From the NCBI RefSeq assembly GCF_963921235.1, contig NC_086097.1:2356001-2420000 (forward strand): a DNA stretch of 64,000 bases, in the 5' to 3' direction. Source of the DNA: Mobula hypostoma (lineage: Eukaryota). The notes under the pieces were generated by a model. It did no database searches. It saw only the letters and a program-made list of their open reading frames with translations, and was not told where the DNA came from. The translations under genes were made by a program, and so were the position numbers. Of this stretch, positions 63,118-64,000 are shown one piece after another; the stretch's first letter is position 1; the number at the start of each line of letters is the position of its first letter.

Positions 63118-63718
63118 CAGGTGTGCGCCGCTTAACGTCCATTCGGACAACGTCCGATCGCAGATTCGTCTGTAGTCCTGATCGGAGAACGTGACGTAGC
63201 GGACGTAACCAATCTCGTGTATCATGCGACTCTTGAGTTTAGTAGCATTATCCCTCTGCTCAATTTTCTTTTGAAAATATTACCGTAAAGTGCATCCTGG
63301 CTTCCAAACACAGCAAAACCACTCTTAGTGATAGCAGCACCAAGAGGGAAAGGAAAAGTATTGATTTGGAAGTGAAACAAAAGGTTGTTAAACAACGTGA
63401 AGGTGGAAAACCAGTGAATGCTATTGCTCAGGATTTAGGCATGTCGCACTCAACAATCACGACGATCCTGAAAAACAGAGAAAAAATTCTCAAAGCTGTT
63501 AAAGGATCGGCTTCACTGAAAACTACAAAGTTCACGAAAATGCGAGAGGGACCTATATCGGACATGGAGAAATTGCTAATGAGATGGATTTAGTCAATAC
63601 AGGTACACTACAGTAATCCATATAGGTTTGCTAGGTATATAAGTGTTCACACAACGTCCAAATCACATAACGTCCGATTTCACAGAATGTATCGCGGAGG
63701 TTACGCGGTGCATACCTG
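63118..63718 (+). mobile_element. Internally deleted pogo/Tigger (Tigger3/Golem-like) element, 601 bp
   Basis: TIRs CAGGTGTGCGCCGCTTAAC / GTTACGCGGTGCATACCTG, with TA on the left and (C)A on the right. Frame KRERKSIDLEVKQKVVK..IAQDLGMSHSTITTILKN..MEKLLMRWI is a CENP-B/psq HTH. Confidence 0.9.
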
Positions 63719-64000
63719 CATTAACTTCAAAGTGTCACCCGTTGTCAGCTTGTAGTTTTGATCGACTTTTAACACCTTTAACGCGAATGATGATTGTTCT
63801 TACAAATAAGGAATTCAAACAGTTTGCCAAAAGGTCAATATCCGTAAGTGCTAGTCAATTCTACATAAAAATGGCATTTCTCTGTTCAGAACTCGGAATA
63901 GTGTGGGTGACAGCAGCCACGGTGTTCTCCTCGTGCACAAGTAAAATAAAGTGCATTTCAGTCTGTTCTGGGTCCAGTTGTTTTATTTTATCGTCAATGA

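Overview
Eukaryotic vertebrate genomic DNA. The repeat families (CR1 with (TTTCTATG)n tails, Rex1/Babar, V-domain SINEs, hammerhead-bearing Penelope repeats) suggest a cartilaginous fish, probably a ray; this is inference. I found no recognisable host protein-coding exon, rRNA, true tRNA or CRISPR array. Most of the 64 kb is a nested pile of transposable elements: many CR1 LINE fragments (one young 2.1-kb ORF2 piece with a single frameshift), Rex1/Babar, RTE and L1 fragments, Penelope-like RT fragments, a full-length DD34E Tc1 element with 214-bp IR/DR termini and two stop codons, a Harbinger derivative, a Tigger3/Golem-like deletion derivative, a Gypsy 5' end plus a related solo LTR, a 1.2-kb solo LTR holding a G-rich VNTR, tRNA-derived SINEs and a 37/40-bp minisatellite. 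Nearly all ORFs in the track are TE remnants, antisense shadows or repeat artefacts. The most interesting signal is a family of short fold-back elements built from Penelope pseudo-LTRs carrying minimal type-I hammerhead ribozyme motifs. The best copy has a core on each strand (50005-50099) and lies in the loop of a ~500-bp inverted Rex pair. Unusual insertion junctions also stand out, notably an RTE bracketed by 57-bp inverted repeats. Boundaries of old, decayed fragments are approximate.
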